DNA of 64,000 nt. It comes from a virus. Location: IMG/VR virus record IMGVR_UViG_3300017917_004503, positions 64,001-128,000 of that record, one strand, 5' to 3'. Below the pieces are notes generated by a model. It saw nothing but the letters and a program-made list of their open reading frames with translations. It was not told the origin of the DNA and made no database searches. Both the position numbers and the translations under genes were made by a program. How positions within the stretch are numbered: the stretch's first letter is position 1; each line of letters opens with the position of its first letter. This document shows positions 45,043 to 56,200 of the stretch, piece by piece.

Positions 45043-48000
45043 ATGCCCAATAGTACATTATACATAAACGACATAGCATTAGACAAAGAACTATTTGTTT
45101 GGGCCAGTGGACAAGATATTCGAAAATACACTGGAACGTCCTGGGAATATTATAATAGTTCCAATTCGGCAGTTCCCCAAGCTTCCCCATATTATTTAGA
45201 TACCCGAAGCATTTCTATAGATCCCGAAAATAAAGCTTGGGTTGGAGTTGCCCAAGGACCAACATCTGGATTTAATGAAGTTGCCGTATTTTGGATAAAC
45301 GCTTCAAATGTAACTGAAGGTGATTTTTGGAATTTCAGTGATCTTGGATCTTTTTCAGAGACCCAAGAAATTTCTTTAGTTTATGCTTGTCCTTTTGGTG
45401 ATGACATCTTAGCATTCTCTACTCCTTTGAACGGTGTTGGTGGTACAGGAGCTACAGCTTATACTAGAATATTTGGTGCCACTGGAGGCAGATTGTTTCA
45501 TTATCTGAAAGAAACTGACCAATGGAAAGAAACAGCACCTGGATATATTTGGCCTCACATATATTCTATATCGACTAAGGGCAATAAAGGAACTGGATAT
45601 TATTATTATCTAGGAACCAGCGAAGGTCTAATGGTTATACCCCAAGGGGTTTTGAGTACTATAGAGCTATCAAACGGATTAAAGTATATTCAACAGGCCA
45701 CAGTTTATAATTCTCATACCTCTGGAATAATATCCGATAACATCTATTGTTTATCCTTTGATGAGAATGAAAATTTGTGGATCGGTACTGATTTAGGTCT
45801 TTCTTTTTTTAACGGAGAAAAATTTTGGAATTATCCTCTGAGCGGTCCTGTAACTGCCATACAGAGTAGAGATAATGGCCACGTGTTTTATGCGATGGGT
45901 GACGGTGAGATGTTTCAAGGAACTGGTATTTGGCATTTCAACGGTACAACCCACACACAGATAAATTCTTCTAATTCAGAATTACAAAACAATCAGGTAC
46001 TAGACTTTAATATTCTGGAGCATAACGTGGTTCAGGGATCTAGGATTTTACATGAAAATTCTTTCTGGGTTCTCGAATACAATTACCTGTCGTCTCTAGA
46101 TTATGATTTACCCCATGTTTATGCTTCTTCAAAATATGCTGGAGCAACCGGGTGGAATTTTACGTACTATACCCCTACTGGTGGTGGACCCGATATACCA
46201 AAAGTAAATAAGTACACCTGGACGTATCCTGAATGGCTTGTCTATGATAACGAATATCTTAAAGAAAAACATCCAGGATTGGATCCAAGAAACCTTTTTC
46301 TGACCACTAAGTTACAGGATATTGCAGACGGTAAAGCAGGGGAACAACCATACTGGAATAACTGGCCTTTACCTTCGTATGAAGAATCAGTAAAGATTGA
46401 CCAGTTTGCTTCTCCAGCATGGGATGGCCAGATTATGATTTACAATGGGACACAATCCAACGTAAATATAACTTCTTCAACCGTACAGGAATTTCAAGGA
46501 TATAAGAAATATTATGTTTCTGGTACAATTCTTCCACCAGCTCAGAATGTTGAAACAGTCGTACAGTTCGGATATTACTCAGACTCTACACCTGCAACTT
46601 TGACTGCAACTAATCCATCAATAAACGCTGATTTAAATTCAGTTAACGACACTTTCAGTCAGGGCAAGACCTCTTTTATAGTTTGTTACTCTGAGTCCGG
46701 TACGGTTGATGCTATACTGCCATTTAAAGGGAATAGCACAGAGATCCAATCCCTATGCTCTAGTCCTGATGGTAATTACATTTACGCAGGAGGAACTTTT
46801 AACAAATTTATCGAGGTTGGTGATTTCGTCTGGGGTTCTTCAGCTAATATTTTAGGTGCTTCTGGTCCAACTGGTGCACCTGTAGGTATCACTAATAATC
46901 AATTTTCATCATATGGAGCTACTTCCGACCTTGGTTGGATATACCCTATAACCGATCCTGGAATAACTACGAATATTTATTGGACGATGACTGCTTTCCC
47001 TGGAGAATTTGAAAATGTTTCTTCCGGATTTGCTGATTTTAAGTTTGGTGGATATCCGTCCGGTACAATAGGAACTTGGGAAACGATAGAAAACATCTAT
47101 CTTAATTACTTGGACAATTTTACAGCAGATCAATCTGCTTTTTTGAATAGTGTTTTAATTGGATCTACTATTAAAATAACTCTAACAGGTGGTGTAACAC
47201 AAACTGCCTATTATAGAATTGATGCTTCATCCAATAATTCAGGTAACAGTATAACATATTGGATCACATATCAAACCGGAGCAAGTGGTCCAGTTGAAGA
47301 TTATAGCATTGCTCTCGTATCGTTAGATGCTGAGTTTTTCTCTTATAATTCGAATACCTTTCCTTATACTAAATTTCAGGACACATTATTAAGTGATTCG
47401 TCAGCATTTTTCGTTGCTAAAATAGGTAGAGATTTAGGAAATATTTCAAGTTTTTCTGGTGTTACTGGCGATTTCAACACCTCTGTTAGAAAGTCATATA
47501 GAATAAATGAGTTTAGGCATTTCCCTGTTATTGGGACTTACAATTCAGCAATACAAAACATTACAATCGACGCATCTAAATACTATTTGAATATAGGATT
47601 TTCCAATAATTCTGCAGTCAACAGATATTCAACACTAAAAAATCTCTGGACTAGAAGCGGTGATTTCATCGATGCACCTAGTGAGTTTGGTAGTTCTACA
47701 TCATCATATTTTATTTCGTATATGAGATTAACCACAGAAAACTTTGATTTGATTGATGTTGAGACCACAACTTCATCAAGTTTCATTTATCTGAAAGAAA
47801 TCCAATCATCAAATAGCGAAAATAGTGTTTTGTTAACAGGAGTCTCTAATAACAGCTTCTCTATGTTGGATATTGACCTGAATAACCCAATACCTTCTTC
47901 ATCTTATCCTTTTTATATTATCACCGGACAAGGATCAACCGGATCAACCGGAGCTTTTGTTGATATCGGCGGAACCTCTTCTTATTCTAATTTAAAGAAG

Positions 48001-49053
48001 ATCTCTTGTGACAAGGACAGCAAATCACACTATTATGTCAGTACAGTAACTGGAGACTATGGCCAAGGATTAACTGGAAGTTTTTTTGGACAGCAATACG
48101 TTTTAGGATCAACCGGTCAGAATTTCTTTGTCTCCGCCAAGATTACTGAACAAGGACAAGTTTTAGATTTGTTTACTAATTCTACAGGGATCCTTGATAG
48201 GAATATGCAAATACTTTCATTTGAAAATCTAAATCAAGATCAGAATTTCATAACATACCAAACAGGAGCTACTGGAATAACTGGATTTAACATAGGTTTT
48301 ATTAAAACTAACATGGATGGTAAAAATCTAGATTCTAATAATTTAGGTTTATTTTATGGACCTGTTACTACTATAACCGATTCTTCATCTAACATTTTTT
48401 CTTCTGGTGCTAATTGGGGTGGACTCACAGGTGGAACTGCTTATGTGAATGTCGGTGCAACATCAGGATTTAATTTTCTGAGTAAACAATTTGTTCCTGA
48501 ACTTGGTATTAATTTAGGAAATGTTATTTCTAGACCTGGCTCAGGAGCTTGGACATGGTGTGACGTACATTCGACTGATAATTTTTTGCAGATACCAATA
48601 TTATCTACAGTAGTTTTCAGTAACTATGCTTCAAATATTTACGGAAAACAAAATAACACATGGGTTCTAAGTAATTCCCAAACCGGTGTTGAAATATTAA
48701 ATGTTAAATCAACACCTTATTTTATTTTCACTTTTACAGAGTCTGGATATTTTACTATTTATAACAAAGTTGAGGATTCTGCAGGAAATGTGTACGAAAT
48801 AACAAAACCAGGATTTATCCAGATAGTCGATCATAAGAACGAAAAAAGAGCTGATGATAGAAGACCAGACTTTGTGGATTCTAACGATTATGGTTATCCT
48901 AACGTTCCTTTTTCTGCCAGAGATTACCAAGTAAATAGGCTGAATAAAGATTTAATTATAGAAGAAGCCCAAATTCTAGAGTCTAATAAAACACAGTTTG
49001 GATCTGGAATAGTTATACCAGGTAATCCTGATTCTACATTTGACTCTGAATAA
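45043..49053 (+). CDS. Large virion protein with beta-propeller (Reg_prop-like) repeats
   Basis: SDNIYCLSFDENENLWIGTDLGLSFF and YNSSNS-type propeller repeats; C-terminal PKD-like FTFTESGYFTI. Confidence 0.6.
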   Translation: MPNSTLYINDIALDKELFVWASGQDIRKYTGTSWEYYNSSNSAVPQASPYYLDTRSISIDPENKAWVGVAQGPTSGFNEVAVFWINASNVTEGDFWNFSDLGSFSETQEISLVYACPFGDDILAFSTPLNGVGGTGATAYTRIFGATGGRLFHYLKETDQWKETAPGYIWPHIYSISTKGNKGTGYYYYLGTSEGLMVIPQGVLSTIELSNGLKYIQQATVYNSHTSGIISDNIYCLSFDENENLWIGTDLGLSFFNGEKFWNYPLSGPVTAIQSRDNGHVFYAMGDGEMFQGTGIWHFNGTTHTQINSSNSELQNNQVLDFNILEHNVVQGSRILHENSFWVLEYNYLSSLDYDLPHVYASSKYAGATGWNFTYYTPTGGGPDIPKVNKYTWTYPEWLVYDNEYLKEKHPGLDPRNLFLTTKLQDIADGKAGEQPYWNNWPLPSYEESVKIDQFASPAWDGQIMIYNGTQSNVNITSSTVQEFQGYKKYYVSGTILPPAQNVETVVQFGYYSDSTPATLTATNPSINADLNSVNDTFSQGKTSFIVCYSESGTVDAILPFKGNSTEIQSLCSSPDGNYIYAGGTFNKFIEVGDFVWGSSANILGASGPTGAPVGITNNQFSSYGATSDLGWIYPITDPGITTNIYWTMTAFPGEFENVSSGFADFKFGGYPSGTIGTWETIENIYLNYLDNFTADQSAFLNSVLIGSTIKITLTGGVTQTAYYRIDASSNNSGNSITYWITYQTGASGPVEDYSIALVSLDAEFFSYNSNTFPYTKFQDTLLSDSSAFFVAKIGRDLGNISSFSGVTGDFNTSVRKSYRINEFRHFPVIGTYNSAIQNITIDASKYYLNIGFSNNSAVNRYSTLKNLWTRSGDFIDAPSEFGSSTSSYFISYMRLTTENFDLIDVETTTSSSFIYLKEIQSSNSENSVLLTGVSNNSFSMLDIDLNNPIPSSSYPFYIITGQGSTGSTGAFVDIGGTSSYSNLKKISCDKDSKSHYYVSTVTGDYGQGLTGSFFGQQYVLGSTGQNFFVSAKITEQGQVLDLFTNSTGILDRNMQILSFENLNQDQNFITYQTGATGITGFNIGFIKTNMDGKNLDSNNLGLFYGPVTTITDSSSNIFSSGANWGGLTGGTAYVNVGATSGFNFLSKQFVPELGINLGNVISRPGSGAWTWCDVHSTDNFLQIPILSTVVFSNYASNIYGKQNNTWVLSNSQTGVEILNVKSTPYFIFTFTESGYFTIYNKVEDSAGNVYEITKPGFIQIVDHKNEKRADDRRPDFVDSNDYGYPNVPFSARDYQVNRLNKDLIIEEAQILESNKTQFGSGIVIPGNPDSTFDSE

Positions 49054-49054
49054 T

Positions 49055-49087
49055 AAAAAAAGGCTAAATTTAAATTTAGCCTTTTTT
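49055..49087. terminator. Bidirectional terminator
   Basis: A-run GGCTAAATTTAAATTTAGCC T-run between convergent genes. Confidence 0.85.
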
Positions 49088-49091
49088 ATTT

Positions 49092-49859
49092 TTAATCCTT
49101 TCCTAATTTTGGGTTTTTTTGTTCCCAATCATCAAAAGTTTCCTCTATGATTTTTACTATAGGATCCCTCACTATATCAGAAACCGAAAAATTCATAGTA
49201 CCTATATCTTCTTTGTCGTCAAATAACTTAATTACAAGATCCAGTGCTGACATTCTAGAGTTTTTAATGTCTATTTGTTTGGTGTCTCCTGTTATGATCA
49301 TTTTAGTATCCGTCCCAATTCTAGTCATAGTGGATCTCATGTTTTTCTGAGTTATGTTTTGGGCTTCATCCACTATGATTATTGCATTGTCTATCGATCT
49401 ACCCCTTATATAAGCTAAGGGTAAAACCTCTATGTATCCTTGGTCTAACATTAATTGTGTTAAAGACTCTCCTATTAATTTATGAAAATTATCTAGGAAA
49501 GAAATAGTAAAAGGGTACATTTTCTCTTTTAGATCTCCTTTTAAAAATCCAACTTCTTCACCCTCTAAAACTGTTACACTTTTAACTAAGATTATTTTTT
49601 TAAATCTTTGATCCGTTTTGAGCAATTTTAGTGCTTGAGCACATGCAAGGTAAGTTTTACCCGTTCCTGCTGGTCCTGCTGCAATAGTGATTTTGTTTTC
49701 ATTTATTAGATTTATGAGTTTTTTCTGGTTTTCATTCTTAAACTTGTAATCTAACTTAAGTTTTTGAAGATCGAATCTAGATCCATGCTGGTTTGGGTTT
49801 CCTGAATGAAACGTTTCGTAATACTCTTCATCTGTAATTTTCTTTTTTCTACTTGCCAT
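49092..49859 (-). CDS. phoH: PhoH-family ATPase
   Basis: GPAGTGKT, GFLKGDLKEK, LAYIRGRS, DEAQN, TRIG, GDTKQID, DIVRDPIV. Confidence 0.92.
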   Translation of the reverse strand: MASRKKKITDEEYYETFHSGNPNQHGSRFDLQKLKLDYKFKNENQKKLINLINENKITIAAGPAGTGKTYLACAQALKLLKTDQRFKKIILVKSVTVLEGEEVGFLKGDLKEKMYPFTISFLDNFHKLIGESLTQLMLDQGYIEVLPLAYIRGRSIDNAIIIVDEAQNITQKNMRSTMTRIGTDTKMIITGDTKQIDIKNSRMSALDLVIKLFDDKEDIGTMNFSVSDIVRDPIVKIIEETFDDWEQKNPKLGKD

Positions 49860-49883
49860 AGAGGTTTCTTTTTATTGTTTTTT

Positions 49884-50048
49884 TTATTTCATACCAAAAC
49901 ACCACAACTCCTGATGTTTGGTAGTTTCTTTGGTTAATAAAGGGGAATGTAATTTTTTCTGGATTTTCTTGGAATAAAATCCACCTTTTTGACTTAAATG
50001 AGTGACTCCGATGTAGATATTACTCAGTTTAATTTTTTTATCTGTCAT
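49884..50048 (-). CDS. Small basic hypothetical protein (54 aa, absent from the ORF track)
   Basis: MTDKKIKLSNIYIGVTHLSQKGGFYSKKIQKKLHSPLLTKETTKHQELWCFGMK; minus-strand AATATATA 25 nt upstream. Confidence 0.4.
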   Translation of the reverse strand: MTDKKIKLSNIYIGVTHLSQKGGFYSKKIQKKLHSPLLTKETTKHQELWCFGMK

Positions 50049-50110
50049 ATTTAAGTGTTGTCGGAGACATTGATATATATTTTACTTAAAAAAGAAATAA
50101 AAGATATAAA

Positions 50111-51019
50111 ATGGCAACAGTAAACATTTCAGAAATTTTAGGCTCCGATTCTATTTCTGGATCTAGAACAACTATCAATTCCAATTTTTTAATATTACAA
50201 AACTGGATCAACGGTTATGTAACTGTATTTGGTGTAGATAGTGTAAATGGCATCCTGGATTTAACAGGGGCTTCAACCGGAAAAGTAGCAGCAAAAATTG
50301 GATCTTTCGATGCTATATCTGTACCAACAACAGGAACAGCAAAAGCAAGCGTTAGTAGTGCTGGTGTGGCTTCTTTTGTAACGGTGCAAACAACAACACT
50401 AACTGCATCTGGAACAGTCACATTCAATGGAAACGTAACATTCGGGAGTTCTTCCATATTTACGGTAGGTGGAACTGCTAGTTTCAACGGCTCAACTAGT
50501 TTAAACGGAGGCTTAACTTTCGGACCTCTTGGACACGTAGTTAGTACTAACACTACTGCTGCAGGTGGAACTGGAACTGCATTCCCTGTAAATACGTCTG
50601 GAATAGGGGGAGGCGGATATTTAACATCTGTAAATTCTCCTTATGCAATTACAGGATTGGAAGATGTAATTTATGCCAATTGCGGACCTACTGGTTTCTA
50701 TATGAAGGTTGTTGATGGAACTTCTCCGGTTGGTGGTACTTTACCTAACATTCCTCAAGGTACAAGAATTACTATAGTAAATACTTCTGCTGCTACAGGT
50801 TATATTTATACCGGTGTTACTGGAACATCTAGTTCATATTACACTGGATTTAACACCAGTTCAAGCTATGGAGGATATTCACCTTCAGGTATAGTGGTAA
50901 GTGCAAGCAAATCTTACAGATCATCGATTACCTTGCAATGGGAACCTAGAGTTGGACAGGGTCAAGCAACCCAGAATGGATCTTGGATAGTCCTCGGAGC
51001 AGCTAATGTTACTGTTTAA
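50111..51019 (+). CDS. Short fibre/baseplate appendage protein
   Basis: N-terminal ILGSDSISGSRTTINSNF anchor-like motif; Gly/Thr/Ser-rich beta repeats; GATATATA at 50072. Confidence 0.55.
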   Translation: MATVNISEILGSDSISGSRTTINSNFLILQNWINGYVTVFGVDSVNGILDLTGASTGKVAAKIGSFDAISVPTTGTAKASVSSAGVASFVTVQTTTLTASGTVTFNGNVTFGSSSIFTVGGTASFNGSTSLNGGLTFGPLGHVVSTNTTAAGGTGTAFPVNTSGIGGGGYLTSVNSPYAITGLEDVIYANCGPTGFYMKVVDGTSPVGGTLPNIPQGTRITIVNTSAATGYIYTGVTGTSSSYYTGFNTSSSYGGYSPSGIVVSASKSYRSSITLQWEPRVGQGQATQNGSWIVLGAANVTV

Positions 51020-51042
51020 CATAGAAAATAAATCATAATAAA

Positions 51043-53244
51043 ATGGCTAAAACCCCATTTATAAGACCTTTACAAGTACAGGGTGGAACTTTTTACACAT
51101 TTTCGTCCTCTGCTGAAGATCTATCTTTTACATTCAATAATTCTGTCGACAAATTCAGATTTTCGAAGTTTGCACTTTTGAACATACCCAATATAGACAA
51201 CAGTGCTTCAACAGACACTAACCTCATTAGATTAAATGGACCAGATAGTGCTTTTTTGGATTGGGCTAATTCTACAGGCCAAATTATTACCGGCGATGCA
51301 AACGTAGATTTTTCACAGAGTTTCCAAAGTTATTGTCTCAATATAGAATCCACAATTACAGGAGCAGATGAGTATGATTCATCCTTAAAACAAAACATTT
51401 CAGAGAGAATCTTCTTTAAGTGGCTTAAGGAAATTGGAGCCATTAGATGGAGAGCTGCTAATTCATCTGAGGTTTCTCCTGCTTTAGATCAAAATACCGT
51501 TACTGTTGTTAACGATCTTCCTTTGACCCAGAAAAGATACGTAGAAGGAGATGCAACCGCAGGAACAACGGGATCTTATGGTATGACAGGAGCTACCTAT
51601 AATAGAGTTGTTCAATATATTGGAAATTTAGATATCGTTAATTCGGTGAAAAATTCGAATAACTCTTATTCTGAAGTTTATGTTTACATCCCAACCAAAG
51701 ATGGAAATACCCCATATGTTTTATTCAAAAACATTGTTGATGTAAATTATTATCCTGACTACCAATGGACAAATAATCCAACTAATCCACTGAATGATGA
51801 ATATCTTTTCGGCAGGGATTATACTGAAATTAATCCTAGCGGACTGACAACTCTAGCAATCTTTGATGATGACGTTTTGGGACAGCCAGTTGCTAGTTAT
51901 TATGACACTGGAGTTCTAGGAGCAACTGCTGCAGGAAATTGGTATTCTCCAAGGGATACAGCTAATACTTATTTTAGTGAGGATATTTTTACTGATCCGT
52001 CAAACTATATTTTAACTAAAACAGCTAATTCCAATACTTTAAGATATGTTAGAAGTAAATTAGATTCGATAGGTATAGACTTTAATCCAAACTCATATGA
52101 AGGTATAATTTCAAATCCAAACATAAGTACATTAGAAGAATTTAATTCGACTGGAGATGCAGCGGATTTTTCTTTCAATTGTGTTTTGATCTATTATGAT
52201 GTTTACGATCCAGCTGAACCTAGTAATTCTGCTACTAATCTTTATGGAGTACTCTTTTTAGATGATGTGAATAGCACTGGTGGTGAAATTTACATCCCGA
52301 GATTTAATAAATATCGTCCTAACCCCGTAACTAAGCTTAACGGTAATTCTTATGGATTGAAGCTAAATCTGAAATTTGATACGGACATCGATCAAACAGG
52401 TGTCGAACAGGCAATCAATGATTATTCGCCTTTTTCTCTGTCAATGTTCATGGATGCTCTTAATGTCTTACAAGATGCAAGCTCAACACTTAATAACGCA
52501 TCTTCAGACTTCATAGAACTGAGTAACAGAGTTACTGCCATAGAAAACATTACCTTGTCTTCTTCGACCGCTTTAAACTTAGATAAAAGGATCTTAGCTT
52601 TAGAGAAAAGCCTAGCAGCAAATCAAGCATTATTTAATAACACCCAATCTATTATGCAGCTGATTGGACAAAATTACGATCTTGTTAGGGCAATATTAAA
52701 TAATCAAACGAGTGTTCAGATCTCATATGACCTAGATCTGATAAAGCAAGGGCCTGGTATAACTGTTGATAGATCTATACCTAATCAGGTTGGGATCATA
52801 AATGACAATCAGGACTTTAACGTTGGATCAAATGGAGGTTACGGAATACTTACTCAAAACGGAAGTAACGAAATTTCCCTTCTTAGATTTTCTAATTACT
52901 TTAAGCATGTGAATAATGGTATTCCTCTGACTTTAACCGGAGATTTAACCATAAGATTAAACGATACTGACATCCAATGGAAAAGAGGACAAAGATTTAG
53001 ATTTTCTTTTGGTGATCAAATTTATCCTGGTGATTTCATCATTACATTCTTAACTAACGCTGTTGGATTATATCCTTTGACTAATCCATCAGGAGCAAAT
53101 TATTCTACTGTCATAGTTTCATTAGACGAATCAAACTTTGTTGATTATGATTACCAACCAGTTTTTGATATAGTTTGTGTCGATGAGATAGCACTTAAAT
53201 TCCAAGTAGACGCAGTAGGAAAAAGTATAACTAATAATCAATAA
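51043..53244 (+). CDS. Virion structural protein with coiled-coil segment
   Basis: 733 aa in a late operon; LSNRVTAIE...LDKRILALEKSL coiled coil. Confidence 0.5.
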   Translation: MAKTPFIRPLQVQGGTFYTFSSSAEDLSFTFNNSVDKFRFSKFALLNIPNIDNSASTDTNLIRLNGPDSAFLDWANSTGQIITGDANVDFSQSFQSYCLNIESTITGADEYDSSLKQNISERIFFKWLKEIGAIRWRAANSSEVSPALDQNTVTVVNDLPLTQKRYVEGDATAGTTGSYGMTGATYNRVVQYIGNLDIVNSVKNSNNSYSEVYVYIPTKDGNTPYVLFKNIVDVNYYPDYQWTNNPTNPLNDEYLFGRDYTEINPSGLTTLAIFDDDVLGQPVASYYDTGVLGATAAGNWYSPRDTANTYFSEDIFTDPSNYILTKTANSNTLRYVRSKLDSIGIDFNPNSYEGIISNPNISTLEEFNSTGDAADFSFNCVLIYYDVYDPAEPSNSATNLYGVLFLDDVNSTGGEIYIPRFNKYRPNPVTKLNGNSYGLKLNLKFDTDIDQTGVEQAINDYSPFSLSMFMDALNVLQDASSTLNNASSDFIELSNRVTAIENITLSSSTALNLDKRILALEKSLAANQALFNNTQSIMQLIGQNYDLVRAILNNQTSVQISYDLDLIKQGPGITVDRSIPNQVGIINDNQDFNVGSNGGYGILTQNGSNEISLLRFSNYFKHVNNGIPLTLTGDLTIRLNDTDIQWKRGQRFRFSFGDQIYPGDFIITFLTNAVGLYPLTNPSGANYSTVIVSLDESNFVDYDYQPVFDIVCVDEIALKFQVDAVGKSITNNQ

Positions 53245-53261
53245 TAATAACATAAAAGGAA

Positions 53262-56200
53262 ATGGCAGGAACGCAAAATTCGATTAGTTCATTAGTAGCA
53301 CAGTTTCTAAGGCTACAGAAAAATTCCTTGGAAATTACAAACGGCTTGAATGAGGTAGCAGTTTCAACTAACGAAACTGTTTCTATTGAAGTTTTGGATG
53401 AGCAAGGATTACCCAAGACAGTAAATATTCCTTCTTATGGGTACATAAGAGGAGAAATCCAAAGAATAGACAACAACATAAGATCTTTAGCTGGAATAGG
53501 CGAAACCTATTCGACTGTAAGAAATGCCGATGGTACATATTCTCAAGTTTTTAAAGCCGAACCTCTTAAAGAGCCAGTAAGAATAACAAATCTGGTTGTA
53601 CCTAGTACATTTGATGTTAAGGATAATTGGTTTTTTGAAAGCTTTCTGAGTCCTCTGCTTTATGTGAATGTTGATGTGACTGGTCAAATACCAGAGGCAT
53701 CTGACAGAATAGTAGTTAAAAGAATTATTGCAAATACTACTACCGATCAACAAAAGTTTTATTTTGATCAAAATTTAAAAGGCAGAAACGATCTATCTTA
53801 TGATGAATTCATTAATATTCTAAATGATCAAGGCATAGGATATTTTACAGATGAAGATATCGAACAACTTCCTCTCAGAACTATCAGGTATGTAGGTTCT
53901 TTTAGCGTTCTTTCATACTACGACGATGTCGTAAATTTAATAGATGCAAACGGTAATCCTTATCAGGAGACAAGAAGAAACTATAAACTTGATAAATTAA
54001 CATATACTGATACCCTAAGCAATATTATAGATGGTAGATCCTTGAATGTTGGTGATAAAATATCAACACAAGATGGTTCACAATATCAAGTTACTAAAGT
54101 TGATAACGATCAAGCTTCAATTCAGGCTAAACTCGTTTCTGGATTCCAACCAATTTTGCTCGGAGCAGATACTTTACAAATTTCTTCTACTGACTTTGGA
54201 CCAAGATACGTTCAGGTTAATGTTGGGTATGATGAAAGACAAGGTGTGTTTTTTAAACCTATAGATGACAATTTTAACATCGTAGCTGCAATATGGTCTA
54301 CTGGTATTATATTTTGGAGTAGTGAACTTAGAACCAAAAATCAAAACGGAGAAGTAGTAACTCTAGAAAATTATTATCTAACAGAGGTAGCTGATCTTGG
54401 TAAAATATTTTTAGGAGCAGCAAAAGAAAAGAAAGTTCCTGCAATAGAAGGGATAAAGCCGGAAGCTCCGGTTGTGACACAAGATAGTTTTAAGGTAGTA
54501 CAGATAAACAAACAGGTTACAGATTCTGTTCCTATATCCGTTATAACGGACAAACTTTCTGCTAAAACAGCTTTACAAAGCGAAATACAATCATTAGATA
54601 ATGCAATCAATCAATCTAGATTGCAGTTAAATACTGGCTTGGCTATAACAAATCAAGGAGCAGTAACTCTCACAAACGTTAGCGATAGTCCAATACTAGG
54701 TGCTAATCTAACACCGAATTCGGTAGTTTCTCAGAGAAATACTCCTATTGGTGTTAATACCGAATCAGTTAAAGCCAACTTAAATAATCTAATAGATCAA
54801 AGGATAAAAAAGGTTGAACTCTATGGATCTCTTGTATCTGAAGTTAAAACCCTAACTCAAGACGTACCTCAAATAGTAACTCCGCCTAAATATAGAGTAA
54901 GAGGATTTTGGCCATTCCCAACCCCTAAAATTAGTCCTTCTACTGGACTACAGCAAGTGATCCAATTTTCGGTTCGATATAGATACCTTAGCGATAGTGG
55001 AGCAGCTCAACCTTCTGAACAGATTGATTTTACTGATAATAACGGATCTAGAAAAAACGCAGCCTTTTCAAACTGGACTGAGTATAAAACTGACATTAGA
55101 AAAAAGGTTTACGATTCTAACACCGGAACTTATGTTTGGGCTCCTGAAGATACCTCTGATGCAAATGTTCAAAATATAAATCAGCTTGATATTGCTATCA
55201 CTAAAGGTGAAAGATTAGAAATTCAAATAGCATCGATTTCTGAAGCTGGATGGCCAGACAATCCTATCATGTCTGATTATTCCCCTTCTGTTATAGTTTC
55301 TTTCCCTGATAGCTTAAGTGTGAATGGAATATCTCCTGCTTTGCAGACTAACCTTGAAGATTCTGCAGTAGTAAAAGTTCAAAGTAATTTGAATGCACAA
55401 GGATTACCTATCCATTTATCACAACAGTTCGTTTCTGGAGATAAAACATATTTTCACGATTCTAACGGTATAGCCAGTGGATTCTACACCAATACTGGAT
55501 CAGTGATAAATTTATTCGACAAGCTTATAGATTTACAGAATCAAATTACACAGCTAAGATCTCAAATCGAGCAGGCTAAAGGTATCCTCGAAGTTTATAT
55601 TATCGATTCTAATAACAATAAAATCAAGGTTTCGAGAGGTTCTACGATTAAACTGAATGCTGGATTTTATAATGAAATCTTTACCAATCCTTTAACATCG
55701 GATGCTGGTAAGATTGCTTCTATTACATATAGTATTCAACTTTACAATCCTCAGGCTTCTCCTGTTGAATTAGCATCCACAGTTCCTGGAGGACTTGAGA
55801 CTAGAGTCCCAACAGATCTGACAACAATAAGCGGATATAGCACTAATTTAAGGTATGGAGATGGACCTATTTCATTAACCTCAATAGTTCCAACTGATGT
55901 TACAGCTTCAACAAGCTTCATACAGGCCCCACCTTATGCTTCTTGTTCTGCTTTTTCACAGTTCATCTATCCTCGATACAGAAATGTTGGATTCAATCAA
56001 GTTTTATATAATAACAATCAGACTGATCTGTCTCAATATTTCACGAACACTTATAGTAATTCCTATACATACAATGGTCAATCAGCATCACAGCAAATTA
56101 ATTTTGGTGTAGCTGGAACATACCCTCAGAATGGACAGATATTCACTCCTTATGATCCTACACTGTACAGTGACTATCTAACAGTAACAGGCGGAACTGC

